Positions 12,601-25,434 of a stretch of 64,000 nt of DNA are shown here, piece by piece. This DNA is from Piromyces finnis finn. Its lineage: Eukaryota; Fungi; Neocallimastigomycota. Positions within the stretch are counted from its first letter, which is position 1; every line of letters starts with the position of its first letter. The stretch covers positions 62,001 through 126,000 of the forward strand of contig MCFH01000023.1 in NCBI GenBank assembly GCA_002104945.1. Reading direction: 5' to 3'. The notes under the pieces were generated by a model. That model saw nothing but the letters and a program-made list of their open reading frames with translations, searched no databases and was not told the origin of the DNA. Both the position numbers and the translations under genes were made by a program.

Positions 12601-15600
12601 CTTCATCTTGGGAAGCAACCACGGCCGTTGAATTTCCTTGAGGATAGAATTTCAATTTACCATCATCATAACAATAATCACCAGAGATGGCGGATTCATC
12701 GCTTGTTGGACAGGTCACCTCTTCAGGGATACATTCTTCATTGAAATTTTCACATCGAATGATAGGTTTGGTAGGATCACCGGCATTAATATAGTAACCC
12801 AAATAAACATTTTTAGTTTGACAACCACTTTCAAGATCACAATCAATTACTTGATTTGTAGCCTTATCATAACCAGAATTTAAATAGTATCCGTCAGATG
12901 TAAAGGATGGTTTCCAATGACATTGGGCCGTTTCCATCTTTTCACCAGCACATTCAATTAATCCATCAGGTTCCTCCTCGGTGGTAGAAACACCAATGAA
13001 ATACATTGGAATAGAAGTCGGGGTTATCTTTTCACATTTTTTGTTAGTACAGTGAATAATGGCATGACTCAAGGTATTACTTTCCGCATTAATATGATAT
13101 TCATGATCGTTTTTAGATTCAGAAGCGACTCTAAGACCTTCACAACCTTTTTCTTCGGTACATTGAATTAATTGATGATAGTCATAATTTTCATTATAAT
13201 TGGCGTTGAGGTATACACCAGCTTTGATTTTTTCAACTTCTTCACAATGAATCATTTCTTCTTCGTCTGATGGCTTGGTACATTTAATTAAACTATAGAG
13301 TAGATCATACATTTCAGTATCCCCAGCATTAATATAATAGTCATCGCCTTTTCCTTTTTCCGCATTACTTATAACGGCGGTACATCCATTAATTTGGCAT
13401 TTAATTAATGGTAAGGTATTTTTATTTTCACCATAGTTAACATACACATCGTTAAGGGACGCAGATCGAACACTACAAGATAATGTACTATCAAAAGAAC
13501 TACATTGAATTAAAGTATCATCTAATTTTTGAGTAAGGTAACTTCCAGCGTTAATATAGTATTGTGGAATTGAGCCATCCCTAATGTCTGGTTTAGTGGT
13601 GATACAACCATTTTCTTTGGTACAAATAATTAATGGATTTACTGAAGGGTCACTACTGGCATTACCGTTAAGGAAAACTTCACCGTCCCTACCACTTACC
13701 GGTTTACAATTAATTCTACCTTCATTATACTTACATTGAACTAAATCATTACTAAGGGCACTACTCATTGGATCACCATTAACAAAGTAAATGGTTGCTC
13801 CATTATAAATGTTATCATTACTATTACCATTACCATTATTGACATTTTGACTACTATTAATATTACTATTATGATTACCACTACTACTACTATTACCAAC
13901 AGTAGTGCCAGAATCAGTCATAGTTGTGAATTGAAGGGTGAGTAGACCACATGGTTGTCCCTCCAAACATTGAATAATTTCATTCTTAACGGCAGAATTC
14001 ATATAAATTACATTTGTGCTACCGTCAAATGGGGTACAATTTATCATTTTATCGTCATCCCTACTACAAAGGATTAAATCATTGACATGATTGACTTCAT
14101 ACGGATTCTTTTTAAGATCACTGGCATTCAAATAGATTTCCTTATTTTTAGAGCTAGCATTACTATTTTTGGAAATACAACCTCTTTCTTTGGTACATTG
14201 AATTAAATGACCGTTGGTGGATCCCATACCATTAATGTATATATCCATAGGATCTGCTGATACAGAATCACATTTATCACCACATTCAATTAACGTATCT
14301 TCTAAAAGATCGATTTCGGTATGACCAGCATTAATATAGTAATGGAAATCATTGTCACTTGAGGTAGTTTTAAATTCATAACAACCCGTTTCCGATAAAC
14401 AAATAATCAATGGTTTTTTGTTAGTGGTGGCTTCATAATCGCCGTTAAGAAAAACATTATTATGGTTGCAAGATTCTGGTTCACAGGAAACATAATTTTC
14501 CCTTCTAACACAAAGAATTAAATCGTCTTTAAGGAGTTTAGCATTGGTTGGATCGGAGTTTAGGTAGAATTCCTTTTTATCCATTTGGACTTGACTATCA
14601 CCTACGGCACAACTACCTTGAGAACATTTAATTAATGGATGGGAGGCGTCAAGCGATTCTTTACCATTAGCATTGATGAATACATTATTTGCGGTAGGAG
14701 TGATATCTTCTGTGTTGACTTGACATCCAACACCCTTGGAACATTTAATCAAACTTTTTCCGGTGGCATCATCCCCATTCATGAAATATTCAGATCGAGT
14801 GTCAGAGGGTGTAGCAGTGACAGCAACACAACCATCTGTCTTAGTACAACGAATAAATTGTTCTTTATGAGCGGTATTAAGGTAGATTTGTTGATCTTCC
14901 ACTAAGGTGACGGTTTCATCAGTAGTACATGTAGCTTCTTTGTTCTTAACATCACATTGAATCAAAGCATCGTATAAGACGGTAGTTTTACCACCATGTA
15001 CATAATATTCATGGCCATCTTCTTCATTTCCACTTTTATAAGGTTGACATCCACCCTTGAATTGACATTGAATAAGGTAGTGTTCTGAATCATAGCTAGC
15101 GTCATAGTTTTTATTTATATAGAAAGTATCCACAACCGTCGTATTATAAATGGTATCCAAAATATTTAAAGTGGTACAGGAAACACTAGAAGCATTGGAA
15201 CATTGAATTAAAGTATCCACTAATGGTATTTCATTATAGGCACCGGCATTCACATAGTATTCAAATTTTCCAGATTCCACAGCATTTGCGGTTGGCGTAC
15301 AAGTTTTATCAACACATATAATTAAATGATTTTCCGAGTCACCATTGGCATTATCGGAGGAAACAAAGTTAGCATTCAAGTAAACATCATTAGCGACAGC
15401 GGAGGCCGTTTCACAAACCTTTTCACATTGAATTAAAAGATCTTTAAATGCTTCTGAATTTTCTTCTGCTGCATTGACATAGTAGACTGGATAATCTTCT
15501 TTGCCGATACTATCGTAGGCGGCACAACCTTTTTCCTTACATTGAATTAATTTTTTAGTAAAGGAATTGATATAAATATCATCTTCTTTAGCAGTGGCTA

Positions 15601-18600
15601 AAAGTTCAACCTTTGGTAGTGTTGATTTTTCACCCGAACTGGAATCCATTGAAATTTTAATGATAGCATTGTCAATGGTGGTTTGAGCTCCATGAACATA
15701 ATGTTCTACCTTACTTTTATTAAATTGGGCATTTCTGTAAGGAAGACAACCGTCCTTGGAAGAACATTTGATAACATAATTTAAAGGATCTTTATCGGCA
15801 CCAAAGTTTTGGTTGATATAAAAGAGTTCGGTGACAGGGGAAGTAATTTTTTTAACGATCTCAGTATCAAGTTCACATGTTTCACTAGAACATTTAATTA
15901 ATGTATCGGATAATTTGGTTTCCAAAGAGGCCCCTGCATTAACATAGTATTCATCAACACTATTTTCATCTTCCTTACCTGTGGCACCTGTGGCAAGTGT
16001 ACATTCACTATTATTACAATAAATTAAATAATTACTATCCATTTCCGAATTAGCATTAAGGTAGGTATAGTCTTCTCCTCCTGAGGCTACAGAACATGGT
16101 CCACTTACAGGGCATTGAATTAAAAGGTAGGTATAGGCAGATGATTTTTTAGTGACGGAACCATAATTTAAATAATAACCAAAACCAGCTTCAACTTCAC
16201 CTTCTATTCCCTTACAAATTATATTACTACTATTACTACTATTAGTATCTACTTGGACATCTCTCTTTCCACTATTTGTTATAGTATCACCATCATTTCC
16301 TTTAGTATTTTCAGTATTATTTTCAAGGACATTTTCTTCCTTTGTAGTTTCTTCCTTCTTTTCATCGCTTCCTTCACCACCGTCATCAGCACCACAATAA
16401 ATTAAACGTAGAGAGGCATCTCCATTTTCATTTGGATTATCTTCGGTGATGGTTGCATTTTTATAATTACCATTGACATAAATACCAAAAGCTTCACCAT
16501 CCTGTTCTTTACATGTACCAATACCAGTACATTTAATTAATTGACCATGGTACGTTTCATCTACACTTTTACCCTTACCATTTATAAAGTAAGCAGGTAT
16601 ACTATTACTTCCAACGACATTATTAAACGCTTCACATTTTTTACCATAGCATTGAATTAAATTACCGCCTGAACTATTTATATAAATTTGATTATCCGCT
16701 ACATCACTTTCAAAACTGCATGTAGTCGTCACAACGCCACTCGCGACGTCCTTAATTGGACAAGAAATGATTGCATTGGTATAATCGGATTGAGCTCCAA
16801 AAACGTAATATTCTATCGAACCTTTTGTCGCTCTTTTATTTGAATAAATACGGCATTGATCTTCTGAGGTACATTGAATAAGGTATTTTTTATCAACGTC
16901 CATATTAGCATTCATATAGAAAGAATCGTTTGGTGTTCCAGTACCGATTTTCGAAATTTCTGGTTTGCAGGTTATTTGTTCTCCATTGGTACATTTAATT
17001 AAGGCATAAGTGTTGGAGGTATCAGCATATTTACCAGCATTAACATAATATTCATCGTCTTCTGATGAAGAAGGAGATTCAGAAACAGCTTCTGATCCAG
17101 AAATAGATGAAGATATATCAGTATTTTCAGGGTCTGATCTACGTAAAGATCTTGCTTTGTTTGCTTCTTCTTGCTTTTCTTCGACAACTTCTTCCGTTTT
17201 AGGGGAAGTATCATTGTTATTTTGAGATTTAGAAAATTGAGTTTCAGCTAGTTGACACTGTTGTTCATAACATTTAATTAATGGATAGGTATCGTCGGTT
17301 TCAACTGGTTCTTTCGTATCCGCGACGTTAGGGTAATTACCATTAAGATAAACATTGTTTACAGCACCGCTTATTAGGGTACAAGCTCCTTCTTTTTTAC
17401 ATTGAATTAAAAGTTTGGCATAGGTTGATGATTTGGGCTGAACAACGCCAGAATTTACATAATATTTACTTTTATAATCCTCAACTATAATGCTCTTTGC
17501 TTCACATTTAAATTTATTTTCGTCCGAGTTAGTAGAACAAACGATTAAACGTTTTTCATCTCCGTTTTTATTGAGTTTTGAATTCTTATAGTTGCTATTA
17601 ATATAAACGCTATTGGTTTCGGCAGAATCATAATATTTACATGTACCTTGTCCGATACATTGAATTAATAATCCTTTATAATCCTTTGAATCTTCTGCTG
17701 TATTGACACCTTTACCATTAACATAATAGGCTGGAATTGCAGTGGTTCCAACAACACCTTGGAAGGCATCACATCGCTTATCTTGACATTGAATCAAATT
17801 ACCTCCCGAACTATTTATATAAATAAAGCCAGCTTCAAGTTCTTCTACGAATTTACAAGATACAACATTTGTAGTATCAACATCGCATTGAATAATGGCA
17901 TCCGCTAAGGATTCTTGATTTCCTTGGACATAATATTCTGTTAAACTTTCACTATTTTCTTTTGAATAGATTTCACAATTATTGATAGCGGTACAACGAA
18001 CAAGATATTTTCCATCTATGTCCATATTAGCATTCATATAGAACACGTCGGTTGGTGAACCGCTACCAAGTTCAACTAATAGAGGTTCACAAATAATTTG
18101 TGAAGCATTTTTACATTCAATTATGGCATGGGCCTTATTTCCACTATCTATATATTTTCCTGCATTTCTATAATAGATCGCATGATCACTTGTATTAGTA
18201 GCATCGGTACTATCATTACTTTGTTGTTCACCATTATTAACATCATTTACACCACCATTATTTTCTTCTTCTCTTTTATTGCTTGGTGCCTTATCTAATG
18301 ATTCAACTTTTGAAACCAAACATTTTTCATTATCATCTGAATCTTTACTACATATAATGAGTTGATTATCAGCATCACCGTTATTTTTATCGGTATTAAA
18401 GTTGGAATTAATATAAACATCAAATTCTTGACCCTTTATCAATTTACAATTTTTGGTGGCGGCGGTACATTCAATTAAAAGATTTTTGTATCCTTCCTTT
18501 GAAGTTAATCCAGCATTTACATAATATTTTACCATAGTATTTGACCATTCATTATCTTTTAATGATTTACATTCGGAAATACATTGAATCAAATAACTAT

Positions 18601-21600
18601 TGACACTATTAATATATACATTATTCGCTACAGGTGTAGCATCTATTTCACAACCAGCATTATTGCATTTAATAAGTGTATTTTTTAATTTTTCTTCTTC
18701 ATTGATATTTCCAGCATTAACATAATAATTGGCAATTTCAGCACTTTCTGATAATCCTGAAATTGGTGTACATAAATCAGCAGTACATTGAAGTAAATGA
18801 TGACTTTCATCGGTACGGTCATTATCATTCTTTTTTAAATTACCATTAATATATATTTTTACAGTATCAACAATTCCATCAAGTTTTACGGATTCTTCAC
18901 TACAAGTAACATTACTTTCATATTGACATTTAATTAAAGGCTTTTTATCAGTTTCGGCAATAAAAGCATGAGAATAATATTCAACACCTCCTACTGAGGT
19001 GGCTAAACTAATTTTAGTACTACATTGTTTTTCAAAACATATAATAAGTGGCTTTCCAACTTCGCCGTTGTCATTAGTTCCACTAGCTTTAAGATTTGCA
19101 TTCAAGAAAACAGCATGATCCTTGACAATACCAGATTTATTTAGAATTTCACACTTATCAGTACATTGAATAATATCATCGTTGTAATCCTTGTCAGTGC
19201 TGCCGGCATTAACATAGAATACAGTACTATTACTTGAACCAATTCCTTGGATAGATTCACATCCGGCGGAATAACATTGAATTAAATTCTTTTCTGATGT
19301 TGCGGAGGCATCTAAATAAATTTGATTTTCCACACCAGTTATTAATTCAAATGTATTATCACCATAAATATTTCTTTTAATATTTTCACTTCCTGAAATT
19401 TCTGTATTTCCAGTTTTTTCATGAGTAACTTTTAAAATGGCATTATTTAAACCACTTGCTTCACCATAAATAAAATATTCAATTTTAGGAATATTTCCAT
19501 TAGAGCCATAAGGAACACAAGAAGGAGTAGCACCGTCACATTTAATTAAATAATTTTTACTATCATTTGCATAATTTCCATTAATATAAAATATTTCTGT
19601 ATTATCAGGCATTGCTGGTATAGTAACGGCTAATTCTTCACATTTTTCTATTGAATCATAAAAACATTTAATTAAAATGTTGGTTGTTGAACCAGCATTA
19701 ACAAAGAATTGAGCAATATCATTTGCTTCCTTGATATCGCTTTTAGAAGAAGTACATTTATATTCAAAACAAATAATAAGTGGCTTTCCTTCTTCGCCAT
19801 TGTCATTTGTTACAGTAACTTTAAGATTGGCATTCAAGAAAATAGCATGATCCTTGACAATATCAGGTTCATTTAGAATTTCACATTTATCAGTACATTT
19901 AATAATATCATCATAATAATCATTACCTGTAGCATCAGCATTAATATAATATAAAGGACTATTACCACCAATTGTACTTATTGATAAACAACTACCCTTA
20001 TCATCAGATGCTGTTTGACATTGAATAAGCTTTGTATTATAAAACGAATTAATATATATATTATTTGCGGAAGCGGTGAGTAATTCAATAGAAGTGACTT
20101 TTAAAGTACTGGCAATGAAAACTTGTTCATCCTCATCATCCCCATCCATGTCAAGATTAACAATTTTGACTTCATCTTCTGCGGATCCTGTATATTGTGG
20201 ATATACATCTTTTTCTTTTAATGGATCATTTTCAATATTATCAAAGTTTACAACATCCTCCGTATCTGAATGGAGGCCAGTTTCCATTTCAATATTTTCC
20301 TCCATTACGGTAGTTGCCTCTTCTCCATCTTCTTTACGTTTATTTCCAGATGTTTCAGTAGTAGTTGATAAAGTAACCTTAATCACAGCATTTGTAAAAC
20401 CATCATTACCACCATGAATATAATAATAATTATTGCCAATTGCCACACTATTTTCATTATTATCAGCATCATAGAGTGTACAACCGTCGATTGAAGTGCA
20501 TTTAATTAAATAATTGGTATCATTTTTATTCTCTTCGTCTCCGTAATCTCCATTAACAAAGAAAACTTCAGAAATAGTTGTACCGTCAACAATTCCTGTA
20601 AGTCCCTCCTTTATTCCACAATATATAGAAGTACATTCAATAAGAGTATCAGTTAACTTTTCAGTAATTGAAACGGCACCAGCATTAATATAGTAATTTG
20701 ATGAAGGTGTTGTAGTAAACATTCCTTGATCTACTGATCCTGGTATCAATTTACAATCACCTGCATCCTTACATCTAATTAATCTATTCTTTGGATCGGT
20801 ATGTTTATCCTTGGTATTTTCAGAAGATTTCCAATTACCATTAAGATAAATTTTACTCTTTTCATTTTCGGTAAGCGTTATGCTTTCAGCTTCACATTTT
20901 GTAATTGATTCAACATAACTACACTTTATAAGAATTTTATTCGTTTCATTCTCCGTATATTTACCAGAATTTATGAAATATTCGGCTTTACCATCAGTGA
21001 CTTTACTTTCCATTTCTCTACATTTATTACCTGTACAAACAATAAGTTGTTCTGTTGAAGAGCTATTTTTATTAGTTTCAGTAACCTTAAGGTTAGCATT
21101 TAAGAAAATAGAATTTTCGTTTACTACACTATCATCATTTATTAATGCACATCTAGGACTCGTATCCGAATCATCTATTTTTCCACATTTAATAATATCA
21201 TCCGTATAATCTTTCTCGTTTCCACCAGCATTGATATAGAAGGCAGGTACTTCAGCAGTACCTATACCTTTAATGGAACTACATCCACTACCTGAACATT
21301 GAATTAAATTCTTTTCTTCTGTCATGGAAGCATCTAAATAAATTTGATTTTCCACTCCGGTAATCAACGCAAATCCAATGGTTTTATTGACTGAAGTATC
21401 ATTGTTACTACCCGTTGTACCTATTGTTTCATCTGTTGTTCTTTTTTTAGAAGTACTTACCGTACTAATTGTATTACTTACCGCATTATTAGATTCATTT
21501 CCATGAGTAACTTTTAAAATAGCATTTGTTAATTTACTATTATTCTCATCATTTATTGGTGCACCATAAACAAAATATTCAATATCAGGAAGGGTTTCTC

Positions 21601-24600
21601 CTTCCCCTTTTTGTGTACCATAAGGAGTACATGAAGTGGATGATGTACACTTAACTAAATAATTATCACTATCTATATCCTTATTACCATTGATAAAGAA
21701 TATTTCATCCCCATTCATTTCTGGTACTACTACGGCTGAACAAACAGCTCCTTCACTTGAATTATAGGTACATTTAATTAATTTATATACACTGTCAACA
21801 TTATTTTCTGTGGTGGTATATTCACCAGCATTGACATAATATTGATCAATAACATCGCTAGAGATAACACCACTAGCAGTAGCAACACATTGTTCATTTG
21901 AACAAACAATAAGTTGTCTTGTTTCAGTACTGTAAGATTTTTCAATTAATGAAGTAGTATACGAAGCATCATCGGTAGTTACCATAAGATTAGCATTCAA
22001 GAAGACATCATTTTCGTTTACTATTTCATCATTTTCACCATCAAGTATTTCATCATTTTCACCATCAAGTATTTCACATTTAACCTCCTTTCCTTTTCCT
22101 TCTCCTCCACACTTGATAATGTAATCTTTATAACTGGCATTTTCATCGTTAGTTGCTGCTGCATTGATATAAAATGCTGGAACAGTATCGATACCAATAC
22201 TAGCAAATGCCTTACAACCCTTACTTGAATCATCAGCTTTATCAAAACATTGTATTAATTTATTATCGGAAGCATTAATATAAATTTCATTTGCTTTGCC
22301 TGTAACTAATTCGAAACTTGGACTTGCTGCTGTTTTCTCCTGACGTTTACTTTGATTATCACTAGCAGGTGTACCATGAGTAACTTTAAGAATGGCACTC
22401 GTTAATTTATCAGCGGAATCTGGAACGCCATAAATAAAGTATTCAATCGTTCCTTCTCCCAGTATTTCTTCAGTACCATAAGGAGTGCATACAATATCTT
22501 TATCATTCTCTTCTTCTCTTTTAATATTTATTCTTTTTCTTGCATTTCTATCATTTTGTCCATTAGCATTTTCTTCTTTTTCAACGCCACATCTAACTAA
22601 ATAATTATCACTATCTATATCCTTATTACCATTGATAAAGAACATTTCATCCCCATTCATTTCTGGTACTACTACGGCTGAACAAACAGCTACTTCACTT
22701 GAATTATAGGTACATTTAATTAATTTATATACACTATCAACACCATTTTCTGTAGTAGTGGTATATTCACCAGCATTGACATAATATTGATCAATAACAT
22801 CGCTAGAGATAACACCACTAGCAGTAGCAACACATTGATTTTCTGAACAAACAATAAGTTGTTTATCAGCTTCACCATCTTTATTTTTATTAGCATCTAA
22901 AAGATTAGCATTCAAGAAGACATCTTTATCTTTTACTTCTTCATCATTTTCACCATTAAGTATTTTACATTTAACCTCTGTATCACTTTCACTTAATTTT
23001 CCACACTTGATAATGTATTCATTATATTGGATACTTTCACCTTCATCAGCAGTTGCTACTGCTGCTGCTGCATTGATATAAAATGCTGGAATAGTATCAG
23101 TACCTGTACTAGCAAATGCCTTACAACCCTTAATTGAACCATCAGCTTTATCAAAACATTGAATTAATTTATTATCGGAAGCATTAATATATATTTCATT
23201 TGCTTTGCCTGTAATTAATTCAAAACTTGGACTTGCTGACGCGTCATCTAGACGTTTTCTTTGACCTTTATTACCATGAGTTACTTTAAGAATGGCATTC
23301 GTCAATTTATCATTATTATTCTCTTCGAATTTTGGAGCACCATAGATAAAGTATTCAATATCAGGAAGGGTTTTTCCTTCTCCTTTTTGTGTACCATAAG
23401 GAGTACATGAAGTGAATGATGTACATTTAACTAAATAATTATCACTATCTATATCCTTATTACCATTGATAAAGAACATTTCATCCCCATTCATTTCTGG
23501 TACTACCACAGCTGAACAAACAGCTCCTTCACTTTCATATGTACATTTAATTAATTTATATACACTATCAACACTATTTTCTGTAGTGATAAATTCACCA
23601 GCATTGACATAATATTGGTCAATATCACCGTCAGTCTTAACACCACTAGAAGTAGCAACACATTGATTTTCTGAACAAACAATAAGTTGTTCAGTTTCAA
23701 TACTGTCGGAATTTTCAATTAATGAAGTAGTACCCGAAGCATCATTAGTAGTTCCCTTAAGATTAGCATTCAAGAAGACGTCATTTTCTTTAACTTTATT
23801 TTTATCATCATGTATTTCACATTTAACCTCCTTTCCTTTTCCTTCTCCTCCACACTTGATAATGTAATCTTTATAACTGGCATTTTCATCGTTAGTTGCT
23901 GCTGCATTGATATAAAATGCTGGAACAGTATCGGTACCAGTACTAGCAAATGCCTTACAACCCTTGCTTGAACCATCAGCTTTATCAAAACATTGTATTA
24001 ATTTATTATCGGAAGCATTAATATAAATTTCATTTGCTTTGCCTGTAACTAATTCGAAACTTGGACTTGCTGCTGTTTTCTCCTGACGTTTACTTTGATT
24101 ATCACTAGCAGGTGTACCATGAGTAACTTTAAGAATGGCACTCGTTAATTTATCAGCGGAATCTGGAACGCCATAAATAAAGTATTCAATCGTTCCTTCT
24201 CCCAGTATTTCTTCAGTACCATAAGGAGTGCATACAATATCTTTATCATCCGTTTCTTCTTTTCTTTTAATATTTATTCTTTTTCTTGCATTTCTATCAT
24301 TTTGTCCATTAGCATTTTCTTCTTTTTCAACGCCACATCTAACTAAATAATTATCACTATCTATATCCTTATTACCATTGATAAAGAACATTTCATCCCC
24401 ATTCATTTCTGGTACTACTACGGCTGAACAAACAGCTCCTTCACTTGAATTATAGGTACATTTAATTAATTTATATACACTATCAACACCATTTTCTGTA
24501 GTAGTGGTATATTCACCAGCATTGACATAATATTGATCAATAACATCGCTAGAGATAACACCACTAGCAGTAGCAGTACATTTATCTTCTGAACAAACAA

Positions 24601-25434
24601 TAAGAGGTTTATTAGCTTCACCATCTTTATTCTTATTAGCATCTAAAAGATTAGCATTCAAGAAGACATAATTATCTTTTACTTCTTCATCATTTTCACC
24701 ATTCAATACTTCACATTTAACTTCTGTATCACTTTCACCTAATTTTCCACATTTAATAATATCATCTTTATAACCAATGTTTTCATCATCAGTTGCTGCT
24801 GCATTAATATAAAATGCTGGAACATCACTTGTACCAGTACTGTCAAAAGCAGAACAACTACCATTGGTAGAACATTGAATTAATTTTCCAGTATCTTGAT
24901 TGATATAAATAGAATTTTCTTCTTTAACAGTAAAAGTCTTACATGAGTAATTTTCATCATTATCCTTTGTTTTTTCACATTTAATTAATCCACCAAAATA
25001 AGATTTATCACCCTCTGTGTCGTCTGTTGGCTTGTAAGTACTTGAATCAAGGTAAAATCCTTCTTTTAAATCAGCCTTATCCACTTCAGAACATGAACAA
25101 GTATCTACATTACATTCACATTTAATTAATCCTGAATAATTATCACTATCTTTAAAAGTTCTTGCATTAAGATAATAACCAGATACTAATGGACTATTTT
25201 CTGTTTCATCTTTTTTAATTGAAATACATTCACCATCATCATCATTTTCATTTTCAGTACATTTAATTAATTGAGGATATGTATATTTTACATTATCATC
25301 AGTACCAGCTACTTCATAACTAGCATCTAAATAAAATCCTGGATGATACTCTTCTGATTTACAATCATTTCCGTTACATTGAATAATTCTATCCGTAGCA
25401 TTTTTTGAATTATAATTAATAAAATATCTTTTGT
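9644..25434 (-). CDS. Scaffoldin-like gene, terminal exon (5,263 codons including stop)
   Basis: Uninterrupted 15.8-kb ORF with Cys-repeat units, acidic linkers and C-terminus CHVSGTISRYIRPSMISLLIGISMIISFIHW*. The ORF-track start MIFFFIKKK is intronic poly-A/T sequence. Confidence 0.9.

Noticed and set aside
9992-23988. Many short overlapping or antisense ORFs inside the scaffoldin exon (and likewise inside the LRR, GH2, AAA and 5.8S regions)
   Set aside because: Shadow ORFs caused by codon bias and repeats of the main frame, with no independent protein features.
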